A stretch of 64,000 nt of DNA from Octopus vulgaris (GCA_951406725.2 OX597816.1:88102001-88166000); one strand, 5' to 3'. Counted from the first letter of the stretch, positions 26,649-41,759 are shown. Notes: generated by a model not told the origin, from the sequence alone. Program-made: numbers and translations.

Positions 26649-27193
26649 CATACATACTTATATACATACATCATACATATATATATATGTATATATAAAT
26701 CGATAATAAAGTAAATTGGTAAGTATTTAGTGAATATTATTCCAAGGTGAACGTTTAATTGTTTTAGGTCAAGGAATTCCCCTCGTATGAGTGGGAAAAT
26801 TACTAAAAGTAAATGTTAAACGCCATGGAAGTAATTTGTGTACGTAGACTAAAGATTTATGAATATCGATACAAACTGATGGTGGTGTAAATTTCTAGTG
26901 TTTAATTAATATCTACGATACTTTGAGTTTTATTGTGTATTGGTATGTAGACAATATCTACATTTCAAAGACAAATCCAATAATGATAAATCTCTTTTAA
27001 GAATTCCTCACGGACAACATTGAGGCCACTTCGACAATTACCTGCTTAAATTCGGTGAATTTACACAATGCCACACCATATCATTTCCAACATTACTCTG
27101 ATATATTTATCTAATAAATATTTGTCTGTGTGTGTGTAGGTATGTATAAATAAATTTGTAAATATATATATATGTATATATGCATAAACATAC

Positions 27194-27275
<82 letters not shown>

Positions 27276-27802
27276 ACATACATACATACATACATACATA
27301 CATACATACTTACATACGTACATACATACATACATACATACATACATACATACATACATACATACATACATACATACGTACATACTTGCATACATACATA
27401 TGTGAGATCCAGAGATGTTCAATATAGAACTCACATAGTAGTGCTCAACTTATCAGGATTCTGCCGATCTTTCCATCTAGGTTGAATAACCTTCAATGTT
27501 TGCACTATCCAACTGCCAATTATGAACATTACAACTATTACGCAACCACAAGCCCCGAGAAATAACTGTCTGACTTAAAATACCATGCTTTCACCACATA
27601 GTCTTCTGTATGTTTTGTACGTCATGTAGATCTATTTATTTTGTCATATATAAATATATATATGCTTATGCATCAAGTATTCACCTTCTGAGCATGTTCA
27701 GCTTTTGTTTCTCTCTCTCTGTATATCATTATATATATTCCAATGTGTATATGTACGTATCTAGATTTTATATATGAAGCCCAAGCATAATTATCTGTAT
27801 CG

Positions 27803-27846
<44 letters not shown>

Positions 27847-27936
27847 ATATATATATATATATATGAGTGTGCGTGTGAGTAGATCGTCAGAGAGAGAGAG
27901 AGAGATATACAGACAGGCAGATAGATTGATATGTGC

Positions 27937-27980
<44 letters not shown>

Positions 27981-28007
27981 ACTTACATATATATATATGT
28001 GTGTGTG

Positions 28008-28210
28008 TGTGGACTTGTGGTAAGAATCTTGCTTCCCAATCAAATGATTCCGGTTTCCGTCTCACTGCATGACACTTAACGGTTCGGCAAAAGAAAAGGA
28101 TAGAATATGTACCAGGCTTGAAAAAGAAGAAATGGGTCAATTCATTCGTCTAAATATCCAAGGGGTTATCCCAGCATAGCCGCAATCTAGTGACTGACAC
28201 TAGTAAAAAA
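28008..28210 (+). mobile_element. SINE group D, internally deleted degenerate copy
   Basis: Head TGTGGTAAGAATCTTGCTTCCCAA and tail CGGTTCGGCAAAAGA..GATAGAAT..CCAGCATAGCCGCA. Confidence 0.6.
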
Positions 28211-28641
28211 AAAAAGAAGAATGTAATATACATAAACGTATTTGCGATGAGGTCTGGTGTTACGTTTTGTTTCCCTTAAAACAAAACGAAACACCACACC
28301 TCATCTCAAAATACTACCGTATAAATAATAGTAACTAACGTTTTTTTAGTTCTGTACATCCTCAAGGATAATTTCTTAATTCTATCACGCAATACCGTCA
28401 ATGTTCCCGAGTATCAGTTAAAAAAAGTGTTCACTACTGTAAGCACTATTAGAAACAACAAAACAATTTAATTATGACTACATTTAAGCATATTGGAGAA
28501 GTAAATTTCTAATATCACGAAACATTAATTGCTTACAATACCGAGCACTTTTTGACGTGGTATTTGTGTAGCCAAAAAAAACACCGAAAATAAAAACGCT
28601 GATACATCCATTTAAAACGCATTTGCCTTAATATACATAGA

Positions 28642-28783
<142 letters not shown>

Positions 28784-29199
28784 TGGATGTGTGTATGTAT
28801 GTATGAATGTATGTGTGTGTGTGTGCCTATTGTCTTGTTACGTTGCCGATTTGAAACTGTCTTAAAACATATATTACTTTACTTTGAGAAATTTCTCCTA
28901 CAAGGAAATACAATCTCACTTTGCAGTTCACTTCAAATAATTTATATATTTCATTATTTCAAAACGACATTTTCAGCAAGTTTTCCGTAGTAGTTATTAA
29001 ATTTACTTGCATGGTTTTTATGTGTTTATTGTGAATTGAAATATGTGTTATTTGCTGTGTTCCTGAGTGGAGTGTGTGCGTGAGAGTGGGATTTTCAGGT
29101 GTGCGTCTGTGTGTGTGTGTGTGTGTGCGAGTATGTGTGTAATTTTATTGGAGTGATACTTTTTTATAATAGGGAAAGGCATGTGGACGTATCTTTATA

Positions 29200-29720
29200 A
29201 TCTGGAAACAACCGCTCAGTTCAGAGACTGGTAATGTATAAGTTCAAAATCCAGGGATCAGCATAGAAAGACATGTTCCTTATTTGTGGGAGTAGCAAGA
29301 ATATCAATCGCACGGATCTTCTGGAACGTCGCTGTATCGTGAGCTGTGAACAGTCCATTGAGACACACAGAAGCCATAAATAACCCATTAAGAAGGAGTA
29401 ACCAAACGATCTAAAGACGATCTGTATTCACCATAACAACGTGCAACTACACCCAACTCCTCCAGTAAATTACGAAAAAGGTGTATTGGACTCGCCAGTG
29501 GTTCCCAAATCCACCACACGGCTTGGATTTGGCACACTCCAGTTTCCACCTGTTTAGGCCTAAGAATGACAGCCTTCGTTGTCAGAGATTCGATGACACA
29601 GGCGAAGTGAAAAAAAGAAAAAGGACGCAAAGATATAGTTACAAGAAAACATCCAGAGATTCGAAAGCAAGGTTCAACGATGGTTCAAATGCAACAGCTT
29701 CAAGCAGTCCGTAGAGGATA
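29200..29720 (+). pseudogene. Mariner (DD34D) transposase remnant
   Basis: IHHNNVQLH (cf. LHHDNARPH) and PNPPHGLDLAHSSFHLFRP..DSLRCQRFDDTGEVK (cf. HPPYSPDLAPSDFHLF...RF...EVK). Confidence 0.75.
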
Positions 29721-29911
29721 TAAAAAAAACAACTTTTAAGAACAATAGTGGCTTATTGGAACAGAAGGCTGTAAATTTTTCCTGTATCGAAGTACGATAA
29801 GCTGAAAAAGGTTATTTTATACTTCACGGCTAAGAAACATTTATAGCCTGAATTTTATCTACTCCATTCCTTGATTTTTTTAATTTTTATACATACATAC
29901 ATACACCCCCC

Positions 29912-29943
<32 letters not shown>

Positions 29944-30057
29944 CACATGCGTACATTTATGTATATGTACGTATATATGCATATGTATATATATATATAT
30001 ATTGTAGAAATACATAAATCCGGAGGAGAAACACACTCAAAGATATAGAACAGTTAA

Positions 30058-30229
30058 TATTATAGCTGGATAGGCTGGTTTATGGGTTACCCTAGGTTTC
30101 TCGCTCATAAGGGGTTTAGCCTTACGGCGTATCTTCACACCTCAATCTCTGCTGGCCTGAAGATACTCGGTACGGCTAAATCCTTTATGAGCGAGAAACC
30201 CAGGGTAACACCATAAACCGGCCTACCCT

Positions 30230-30238
<9 letters not shown>
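30058..30238. repeat. ~80-bp-arm fold-back inverted repeat between (TA)n arrays
   Basis: TAGGCTGGTTTATGGGTTACCCTAGGTTTCTCGCTCATAAGG... versus ...CCTTTATGAGCGAGAAACCCAGGGTAACACCATAAACCGGCCTA. Confidence 0.9.
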
Positions 30239-30276
<38 letters not shown>

Positions 30277-30277
<1 letters not shown>

Positions 30278-30475
30278 CGGGAAGCTTTATGAAAATAAAC
30301 AAAAGACGAAGGCAGGTGGAATACAAACAAACAATTGTATTAGTATGGCGCTCAGGAATATAAATAAAACAAGTCTTTTACGTTTCGAGCCTACGCTCTT
30401 CAACAGAAAGATACACAGAAAAGAAACACGGAAAGAAACAAGGAGAGAAAAAAATGCGTGCAGAAGCTAGCGAAT

Positions 30476-30480
<5 letters not shown>
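30277..30480 (-). mobile_element. Family A HHR-bearing repeat, (TA)n on both sides; HHR motif at 30374-30411
   Basis: Minus strand TCTTT-CTGTTGA-AGAGCGTAGGCTC-GAAA-CG-TA-AAAGA (A6U variant). Confidence 0.7.
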
Positions 30481-30524
<44 letters not shown>

Positions 30525-30560
<36 letters not shown>

Positions 30561-30574
30561 TAATAATAATAATG

Positions 30575-30672
<98 letters not shown>
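30525..30672. repeat. (TAA)n microsatellite
   Basis: Visible; others at 14668-14727, 33513-33570, 56270-56428, 56935-57013. Confidence 0.95.
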
Positions 30673-30673
<1 letters not shown>

Positions 30674-30676
30674 TAA

Positions 30677-31066
30677 ATAGTATATAAATATATGCATGTA
30701 TACATATATGTGCATACTCACATACATATGCATATATACATGCATATATGAGTACAGGATATCAAAACAACGAAGACACAATGAGAAACGAAAACATAAA
30801 GATAAAACATAGAAAATGAACTTTTTGTCGAACAACGAAAAAAAAACAGAGAACCGAGACATGCAACATAAAGAAAATTCCCTTCATCAGTTGTCAGTGT
30901 TTCATTTCCTCCGCATTTCGAAAAAAAGTTCGTTTTCTATGATTTTGTTTTCGTTTCTCATTGTATCTACGTTTTATTTTCGATGTCCTGTTCCCATATA
31001 TCATGTATATATGCATATATATGTAGGTATGTACATATATGTATATATGCATATATTTATATATTA
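30677..31066. repeat. Imperfect inverted repeat element (arms ~30677-30826 / ~30920-31066)
   Basis: CAATGAGAAACGAAAACA..CATAGAAAATGAACTTTTT versus AAAAAGTTCGTTTTCTATG..TGTTTTCGTTTCTCATTG; a related fragment is at ~9898-9960. Confidence 0.75.
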
Positions 31067-31113
31067 TTGATATTATTATATGATCGAACGCCACGCATCC
31101 TTTTCTATCTAAG

Positions 31114-31141
<28 letters not shown>

Positions 31142-31147
<6 letters not shown>

Positions 31148-31293
31148 AAATAGTCAGAATGTTGGATGATTATATATTTTAAAAAATTTATTTTCATCTT
31201 TTTTACATTTTTAGGCATTCTTCCTTTAATGCGCTAAAAATGTAAATACGATGTATATATATATACTCATCCAATATTCTGACTACCTTATTA
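31142..31293. repeat. Imperfect fold-back repeat in a (TA)n-flanked element
   Basis: TAGTCAGAATGTTGGATGA / TCATCCAATATTCTGACTA and TTTACATTTTTAG / CTAAAAATGTAAA. Confidence 0.75.
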
Positions 31294-31328
31294 TCCTAGA
31301 TATACAATATCTGTACATTACTTTAAAC

Positions 31329-31402
<74 letters not shown>

Positions 31403-31419
31403 CAGACATAATACTCATT

Positions 31420-32200
31420 AATGCATCAGACTTAGTGTAAGAATTTACAAAAAATATATAAATAAATAAATAAATTGAGTATGAAAATCTGAAAGTAACC
31501 AGGCTAGTATAATTCTATTGAAAATATGAATGGTAGTACAATAAACCATTATTTCATAAGCTTTATGTAATTGAGGATTTGTGTGGTGATTTGGAAATTC
31601 ACTAAAAGAGAATGATTATTTTTGCTGAAGGTCGTTAATAAAAAATTGTAATATAGACTTAGATATAAGTTGTTAAAATTAGGGAAAGATAGAAAGTTAA
31701 TGAGATATACATGCAAGAGAATATAGGAATGAATATTATAGAAAGTGAATACGCAGATAAATAAGCTAAGTTGTTAAAAGGCAATTTATGGGTAAGAAAT
31801 ATTTGGAACAATTACAAGTGAAGCTATAATAGTTTGTATGGTTTATCTATTTCAAGAAACGTACATAGACGTATAAATTTATGTTGTCAAAAAAAAAAAA
31901 AAAAAAGAATTCGGTGAGTATGGAATGCAGGTGTAGGACTAATGAGTTAATATAATTAATATATTTTAGAGTAGGTGGTATTGTTGAATATTTGTGAATA
32001 CAACGTGTGTGGTGACTATTGAAGTAAATTGCAAAGTCAAAATGCATTGTTCAACATGGATTGGTGTCGGCTTTTATGATTTGTTGTTCAAGTAACTAAT
32101 AATAGCGTGAATTACTGAGTAACTTGAAGACTGGTGGGTGTTTTTTATGTATATATACATGACATTGGTTGGGTTCTTCGTATTTAAATATACCATCTGA
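31420..32200 (-). pseudogene. Highly decayed PLE RT thumb-region remnant
   Basis: YFNSHHTRCIHKYSTIP...LHLHSILT resembles the PLE motif YLxFxSHHPxHxKxSIP...RLxxI; ends near (TA)n. Confidence 0.45.
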
Positions 32201-32751
32201 CGGTACAATCTATGATCGATCTTAATTGGTGATAATTGCTAAGTATTTATTCATCTTGATTACCAGTCGCAGAAATGAAAGTAATAAAACAAAATAAGCG
32301 AAATATCAGCAACTTGCCTCCAGGCATTCTCACAACACGCCTACGCATGCACACACACACACACACACATGTATATATTCAGGAAGAGAGATAGAGAGAG
32401 AGACAGACAGACAGACAGACAAACAGTCAGAGACAAATAGAAGAGTGGCTACAGCCTTCTTAGATTCGTTTAGCAAATTATAAGGACAACATTTTCATTA
32501 TTTGTGTAGGTCGTCCTTAGAATAAAAGATAAACCTGCCTATGATAGGATTCGATCTCCGAAAGCCAAAGGGTGTAAATATATGCCTGAACGTATTTTGT
32601 CTGATGCTTTACTGATTTTGTAAATCCATTAATGCCTAAACACAGCTTTATTTTGGCGACACATAAGTGATTTACTGTATATTATGCTATATACTTTCAG
32701 GCAATATGACAACAAAAAATCTTATATAGAAATATATATACATATATATAC

Positions 32752-32830
<79 letters not shown>

Positions 32831-33240
32831 CACACACACTCATATATATATATATATATATATGTATGCGTATGCGCGTGTGTTTTCTTTCTGAGTCTTC
32901 TTATATGTATGTATGTATGGATGTATGCGAGTGTGTTAATGTACGCATACGTGTGTTAGATTCTGCTGTAACTTTGATACAATAAATGGGTCGAAGATAT
33001 AAGATTTTAAATATATTCCCCAGTTAAAGATAAACAGCATAAGATAAAAAGTTGTACAATATGGGGAATTAGAGATTAAGAGGAAACAAAAATAAGATCC
33101 AGATCAATAGGCCATATAGCTTAGCTTACAAGATTAAATACTTGTACAATCTGTCCTCTTTATCAAATATTTGTTTGTGTGCGTGCGTTCACGCGTGCGT
33201 ATATCGTAGCTATACATATGCATAATAAATACGTATATTA

Positions 33241-33288
<48 letters not shown>

Positions 33289-33420
33289 TAGTATGTGTGT
33301 ATATATATATTTATAAAGATATATATATATCTATGTATATAAAAACATATATATATATACATATATATTTATTGTCATCTATATATATGTATATATACAT
33401 ATATTTATAGTCATATATTC

Positions 33421-33459
<39 letters not shown>

Positions 33460-33511
33460 AAGTGGTAGAGAAAGACTGACAAACTGAGAAAGAGCGATAG
33501 AGTGTGAAGAG

Positions 33512-33570
<59 letters not shown>

Positions 33571-33907
33571 CATCATCATCCTCCTCCTCATTATTATTAT
33601 TTTGACGCCAACGCCTTTACGATAAGTTTGATAGCAAACTCTCAAAATACCTTTATGGTTTTTGTAGCATCACTAGCGCATCTCAATGGTATTGGAAGAC
33701 AAAACCAGAAGAGAAATGATAAGAATACTCCGTGGGAATCACTTATAAAGTCGGTGCTTCATTAGAAGGAAACGACGAAATTGAAATAAAGTGTTTGAAA
33801 GACTACCGAAATTCTTCTTTAGATCAAGTTTAGGACTTAGGAGGTCGTTTTTTTTAAAGATCCCGTCCCAATTATTACGGCATAACGTTCAATTAAAATC
33901 AGCTGTG

Positions 33908-33948
<41 letters not shown>

Positions 33949-34638
33949 AACCCACCGTTCGCGCGCACACTTACACACGACCATGCACATACATACTCAG
34001 TATCAGACACAGTCAGATCGTCATACTAATCACATCAAATATAAGCGCACGCACACGCCCGTATATAAGTGTATAGATATGCATGTATGTATATATGTAT
34101 GTATGCTTGTTTGTATGTATGTATGCATGCATTATTCATATATATATATATATATGTGTGTGTGTGTATGTGAGTGTGTGTGTATGTGCGTGTGTGTGCG
34201 CGCGCGCGTATAACTGGGTGTATATATATATATGTGTGTGTAAGTTTATGCACATAGATACACTCACAACTAAATCCACACACACGCATACATACATGCA
34301 GAAATAAACGTATACACGCGCCTACACATATGTGTATGCTTGCATGTGTCTGTAAAAGTAAATACGTTTTGCGTGCGTATGCGTGTGCGCGTGTGTGTTC
34401 GTGCGTGTATGCGTGAGTCTGTGAGTGTAAACGTGAAAGAAGACATATATTTGATTGTCTCGTTACTTCAAAGTGTTGTGAGTTCTGGTTGTATATACTG
34501 CTTTATATTATCCTAGTTGTTTTAATGTCTATGTCAGTGAGTCTCAGATTAATCCCAAAGATGGCTGCTGTATAGGTTTTACTCTAATATAGAACACGAT
34601 AGTTCTAAGAAATAGTCTGGAAAATGTATGTGAAACTT

Positions 34639-34901
34639 TAAAAAAATAATAAATGCGCCCTTTTAAAGCCTAGCCAGGTTCATGGGCCCGGTTTCCCGGT
34701 TTCAATGGCGTATGTGTTCCCCAGCTGGATGGGACGCTAGTCCATGGCAGCGTTACTCATTTTTGCCAGCTGAGTGGACTGGAGCAACGTGAAATGAAGT
34801 GTTTTGCTCAAGAACACAACGCGTCGCCGGGACCAGGAATCGAAACCACAATCTTACGATCATGAGGCTGATACCCTAAACACCAAGCCACGCGCTTCCA
34901 C
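34639..34901 (-). mobile_element. tRNA-derived SINE, group B tail 1, full length with TSD
   Basis: 11-bp TSD ATGTGAAACTT (34628-34638 / 34902-34912); B box GGTTTCGATTCC. Confidence 0.88.
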
Positions 34902-35205
34902 ATGTGAAACTTACTCTGATTATTTTGCAGGTGATACAAAGTGAGTTTCTCCTGTTATCTCTGAGAAACAATGCTGCCCTTCTATAAAAACACTGTATTG
35001 ACTATCACGTTATTATATGTCGTGTTGTGTTGTAGCGCACAGGTAAAAACACTCAAACTAGCACACGATTATATGTGAACTGCTATATACATACTAGAAA
35101 TTTACATGTACACTAATAATAATCGGTATGTTTGGTTTTGTATGTAAATGCCTAACTGTCAGTCTGTATAACCTTGAATTTTCAGAAAAAGAAATAAAAA
35201 TGAAT

Positions 35206-35686
<481 letters not shown>

Positions 35687-35884
35687 ACCGGCTCGCACAC
35701 TACAAATACAATCTGTAAGTGTAAGAGTCAAACTACGTAAAGCTCTTCTCGGATTTAAAATGTGACACTGTTTTCGTTATGGATGGAGCTTTGTATCTTT
35801 GTTAGAAGCTCGCTCATTCTCAAAAAGAAGAATTTAAATAATTAAAAGCAGAAAAGAACACACAAACATACATACATACATACA

Positions 35885-35917
<33 letters not shown>

Positions 35918-35918
<1 letters not shown>

Positions 35919-36242
35919 AACCTGCAGTTACTCTATCCAGATTACGAGTTCAGGTTTATACCTGTAATTATTGGGGAACTGAGACATGTAACACACTGCC
36001 TAAATACTAATCCTGAGAAATTAGGCTTCTCAAAAGCTAAATGGAGAAAGCTGATTCGAAGGCTATAGATCCAATTCATCACTTGAACTGTAAAAATCTG
36101 TAAAACTTTCTAGAAGTTTATCATTTAAGTATATATGAGCATGTCTATGCATGAAAAGCCATGCGTAAAATAAAACATACAAATCAGCACGTATGCATAC
36201 ATACATACATACATACATACATACATACATACATACATACAT

Positions 36243-36277
<35 letters not shown>

Positions 36278-36462
36278 TACATACATACATACATACATAC
36301 ATACATACATACATACATACATACATACATACATACATACGTACGTACATATAAAAATACCCTGCTGATGTTTAAATTCCGATGAAGAGGCCTTGGATCT
36401 TGATTAGAAACCGGTTCTTTCTCCATTGGCAAGAAATCTTGAAATAAAACTGAATAACGACA

Positions 36463-36465
<3 letters not shown>
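35918..36465 (+). mobile_element. RLE-type retrotransposon 3' end in (TACA)n, with internal (TACA)n in the 3'UTR
   Basis: NLQLLYPDYEFRFIPVIIGEL..KLGFS..RKLIRRL..TVKICKTF; same family as 539-2792; TACA arrays on both sides. Confidence 0.8.
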
Positions 36466-36496
<31 letters not shown>

Positions 36497-36541
36497 CATA
36501 CATACATACATACATACATACACACACACATACATACATAC

Positions 36542-36572
<31 letters not shown>

Positions 36573-36590
36573 CATACATACATACATACA

Positions 36591-36624
<34 letters not shown>

Positions 36625-36718
36625 CATATTTACATACATACATACATACATACATGCATACATGCATACATACATACATACATACATACATACATACATG
36701 TATACATACATATATACA

Positions 36719-36752
<34 letters not shown>

Positions 36753-37179
36753 CATACATACATACATACATACATGCATGCATGCGCATTTCCTCACTTC
36801 GTGATGACCTCCCTTGAAAACCTCATACTCTTATCATCCGAATTCCAGCAAGAGGGTTTTATTTCCTCTTCCTTATAATTGTCTTGAGTAGTAGCTTTCA
36901 GCTAGGCTCCATATGACCCTTGCGGGTTCTTATAAGGTTTTGTTGTTAAAATTTATGTGCAATAAATTGGTTGAACTTTTACAATACAGAAACTGTTTTA
37001 ACAATTTTTTATGCAATTTGTAATAAAGCTTAATTATGAATATTAGAGTATGGTTTTTCTTAAACATACCTAATGTCTATGAGCCTCTGCCCGAGTAAAA
37101 CAGTAATCAAAGGGATCCATAGGTACAATACAGTTTAGAGGAAGGGACTGCGCGCAAGACCTTTGAAAATCCTTTGACA

Positions 37180-37500
37180 ATGGTAAACTTGATGTCAATA
37201 GTGTTCCATTTGAAATGCTGCATGTCAACATTTAGGAGAAAAACATAACCAGGAAGGAGATTCCAGAATGACGTGGTGACATGTTGGTCATTGGTATATA
37301 AAAGGATTGATGTGTGGACGAGAAAAAGAAATCTGGAGTATACTGGGGTTGATTGAAAGTGAGTCAGAAAGAACTACTTCAAGACATAGTGAGATAGTGC
37401 TAATAAATAGGAATTTTTCAATAGATGAGAGATGGATGGAGATCGTAAGTAGGAAACTTTGATAGGAAATTTGCTTGTCAGACACATTGAAGGATTTTTA
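37180..37500 (-). mobile_element. Decayed CR1/Jockey-group LINE 3' fragment
   Basis: ...TSFWNLLPGYVF...MQHFK resembles the WNxLP C-terminal motif of CR1/L2/Jockey ORF2. Confidence 0.4.
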
Positions 37501-37654
37501 TATATTTAGAGCAACGACATTGCTTTTACTGAACTTGCCTAACATGAAAGCTTACTGGTGAGTGGCAAAAGCTTTTAGATTTCTGACAGATCTAGTTCTG
37601 CTGTTTCAAATTTTGGCAGAAGCCCAGCAATTTTAGGGGAAGAAGGCTACCCTG

Positions 37655-37790
37655 TGACATCGATTGGAACTTATTTTATGGATCCAAAAGGATGAAAAGT
37701 GAATTCGACCTCGACGGAAATTAGAACGTAACGAGTCGGAAAAATGTCGTTAAGTACATTGAAACGCTAAAGTTTCTGTCAGCTCGCCAC
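37655..37790 (-). mobile_element. SINE group E (Meta-like core), degenerate
   Basis: AAAAGGATGAAAAGTGAATTCGACCTCGACGGAA..AGAACGTAAC..CTGTCAGCTCGCC. Confidence 0.65.
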
Positions 37791-37878
37791 GTTGATTTCA
37801 CAGACAATAACAGCGAATTAAATGATGATTGTTAAAACAATGTATCTGATTTGGTATTTCTATATATATTCAATTCGG

Positions 37879-38673
37879 CCAGGTCGACTCGAAATAATAA
37901 CCCAGGCCTGCGACCAAAAAATTTTACACATTTATTGTGTAAAAGTGATCAATTTTTATCTGCTGATTTAAAAAATTATTAAGACATCGTCCACGTAATT
38001 TCTGCTCCAAATCGATTGTTGCATTTCACCATTATACCTGAATTTGGCTATTATTTTCTTTTATTACTATCAATTGCCATATCTAAATAAATTATAACAG
38101 TATAGCTAATAGGTGTAACTTCCGAATTAAAAAAAATACTTTGATCTGAAATTAGGCGACTTATATAAGGTCTGCTCAATTTGTGTTGAAGAATTAAAAG
38201 GATGGACAAAATATACAAAGAAATCTGTTTGTTCCAATCATATGACGAAGGCTAAAAATCACGATAACTGCTACTTTACCTCATCTGGATGATTTGCGGC
38301 GACTTGAAAAAAATAAGTATACTGCTTGGACAACAGTCAGGCTACACAAAGTTTCCTTGTTTCTTGTGTGAATGGGACAGTAGAACCTCCATTTGCCTAA
38401 AAATATATAGAATTCCTAAGTAGGGATAGCTTACATCAGGTACAAAGAAAATCCTTCGAGAAAGTTTGTTTATCCGAAAAGTGTTATTTAGCCTTCTGTA
38501 CATATAAACATTAGCCTCATGAAGCAATTGGTAAAAGCTTTGCCACGGGATAGAGAGAGATTCAGGTTGTAGGAAAGAACTTTTTTGATATTTCAAATTA
38601 ACACCACAAAAATATATAAAGTAACATGCAATTATCAAAACTATTTTCAAAATGTTCCATTTCGAGACCTGTG
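37879..38673 (+). mobile_element. Chapaev3-like (CMC) DNA transposon, internally deleted
   Basis: WMICGDLKKISILLGQQSGYTKFPCFLCEWDSR (38287-38385) and a frameshifted LHIKLGLMKQxVKALP-like motif. The right end GAGACCTGTG has a partial match in CAGGTC..TCGAAAT at ~37880. Confidence 0.75.
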
Positions 38674-39515
38674 TAATGGGTTCCAAAAAATACCATCCTC
38701 TATTATACAACGTTTTACCTTGCTATAACGCTTATATATACAACCATGCAAACTGGGAAATCGAGACCTAAAACAGCATTGCCGATGTGAAAGAAATTGT
38801 CGAGTCTTTGGCTGACAATCAAACGCACTAAACATTCACCCAGATGCAATTGTTAGCCATAATTAAACAGTACATTGAATCAACAATCCTTCAATCTAGC
38901 TGGAGACTGCGCCTCACCGTGGGTAGTAAAGTGTCATGTTTTTAAATTATATATTTAAGCAGTCAGAAAGTCTGAATGTTTTAGAGTTTGAATGATTCTC
39001 TTTATCATACATCTTCATTGCTGCATAGCATTTTATTTTTATTTTCAAACATTATAAGCTTTTGTTCTCGGTTCTGATAACTGCGTAGTTAGACTGGTAG
39101 ACTCAGTTGGTGTCTAGTAGTTTCAAATCCTCGGGGCTTCATACACCGGATTAATGAGAAAGATATTTTCCTTTAACAAACATTAATTAATACTTGTTGC
39201 AGCCAATTATAAGTTACCATGGATATATGTGCGAGAAGCAATAGACGCGTTCTTCTTAGGATTTATAGTATTTAATGGTTTAAAAACCAAGAAACATCTG
39301 TAAAAATACAAAATAGCTGATTAATCTTTAAGCAAATTACTATATGCAAAATATTTTCAAGCACGATCACGACACTAACAATAACAACATCATTAAAAAC
39401 AAAACAATAACGTTATTAATAATACATTTAAAAAAAATAAAATTCGTCATTATACTGTTTTTGTTTTAAAATCTCAACAGATAGTGTTTTTGAAATTATT
39501 TAGTTTATCAATATT

Positions 39516-39516
<1 letters not shown>

Positions 39517-39551
<35 letters not shown>

Positions 39552-40416
39552 CACTACTACAACTACTACTACTACAACTGCTGCTGCTACCTCTAACACC
39601 GCTACCACTATTACCATCAACATCAAGACCAACATCACCGCCAATACCACCACCACCACCACCAACACCACCACCACTATCATCACCACAACTACTACCA
39701 CCACACTACCTCCACCACTAGCACCCCACCACTACTACTACTAGCACCACATCGACCATCACCACCGCCACCACCTCTACCACCACCGTTACTACTACTA
39801 CTACTACTACTACTACTACAACTACTACTAGTTACTGCTGGTGCTTTTGTTACTATATTACTAAACATTTTATTGCATGCACTCTGTATCTTCCTTTGCA
39901 GTCCCCAGTCGCATTTCTAATTCCATAAACTAACCAACTAACCAACCAACTAAATAAATAAACGAAAGGATAATGGAACAGTATTTACCTGCATAAAATA
40001 TTACATATATGTAAATATTCATGTTGAAATGTTTAAGTGAATTGTGGAGGTAGGAAATGTAATAGCCATTAAACCAGGTAACTAAATGGCTATTGCTGTA
40101 CAAAACTATCTAATTCAGCGCTAGGTATTGTACGTATTCTTTCGTATTTCGGACAGATTTCAATTGTCAAGGATTTTTCCAAGTATTAGTAGCCCCATTT
40201 TTGCATTCCTTTTTGTTTTTTTCTTTCTTTTATATTGTTAACTTAAGAGGAGATACTACTTGTTAGTGAGCCTATTGTTGTTGTTGTTACCTAAATCAGT
40301 AAACAATAAAACGTCCAAATCCAAGCACTACTACTACTACTACTACTACTACAACTCCTCCTCTACTACTACTACTGCTGCAGCTGCTACCACTGCTACT
40401 ACGACTAGTTCTGCAG

Positions 40417-40480
<64 letters not shown>

Positions 40481-40838
40481 AGCTGCTACCACTGCTACTA
40501 CGACTAGTTCTGCAGCTACCACTACTACTTCTACTATTACTACTACTACTACTGCTGCTGCCGCTGCTGCTGCAACTACTACTACTACTACTGCCATCGC
40601 CACCACCTCCACTACTGCTTTTGCTGTTAGTGCTGTAGCTACTACTATTCATACTACTACTACTACTACTATACCACCACTACTGCTGCTGCTGTAACTG
40701 TTGTTCCTCCTCTCCTCCTCCTACAACAACAACAACTACTACTACTACTACCACCACTAATGCTGCTGTTGTTACTGCCGTTGCTACTACTACTAACACC
40801 ACCACCGCTGCTGTGGTTGCTGCTGCTACTACTACTAT
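39517..40838. repeat. Two long compound trinucleotide tracts (ACT/ACC/GCT)n at 39517-39835 and 40326-40838
   Basis: Directly visible; source of the poly-T/V/S ORFs. Confidence 0.9.
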
Positions 40839-41534
40839 AAAGTTACCTTTTTTTTGCTAATTTGTTTTGTTGAATCACTTTTCACTTGAAAAGTTAATCA
40901 TATGTTGAACCACGAGGGAATTAGTGGCTAAATGTACATTAGTCTGAATGTACAGGCTGGTTTTTAAATAAAGCAAAAAATGTTGGAGAATAATGTCAAA
41001 AGAAATATTCAAATAGTCTGTGTTATATGAATACAAAGTTATATGGCTGGCATTGGAAACAAGCAGAAAGTTAGTAAATCACTCATTTGAAGAGAGATGA
41101 CAGTATAGACTCGTTGTTGTTGTTGTTGTTGGCTTCGGGTGTATCCTGGTCGAGTAAACTCATGATCAAAAGAATTCTAGTCATAAACACATTTATCATT
41201 TCTTTTACAGACAATGTATCCAAATCTGTCATCCTATGCGCTCTTTATTTTTAGGCGATAGCTGTCTGATTTAGAGAAGGTTTGCCTATCATTTCTAGTA
41301 GAGTGAATGACTGCGTATAGACTCCCTGTTTAACTCAAACCGTAGCAGCACTGAGTGAGCATGGGTGACAACTGGCTGTTCTTGATAAATGCATATCTAT
41401 AATAAATGGTGTTTCTGTAGTATCGTAAAAATGTTCTACTTATACATACCAATCTTCCACGTAGGTGTTCTATGACTGTGTCCACTAAAGAAAGGGTATC
41501 GTAAAAATGTTCCAGCTTATACATACATACACAG

Positions 41535-41675
<141 letters not shown>

Positions 41676-41719
41676 GATATATATATATATATATATATAT
41701 ATAATGACATATATATATA

Positions 41720-41758
<39 letters not shown>

Positions 41759-41759
41759 A

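Noticed and set aside
30860-30925. CTGATGA on the minus strand inside the 30.7-31.1 kb inverted repeat
   Set aside because: No downstream stem II-GAAA arrangement.
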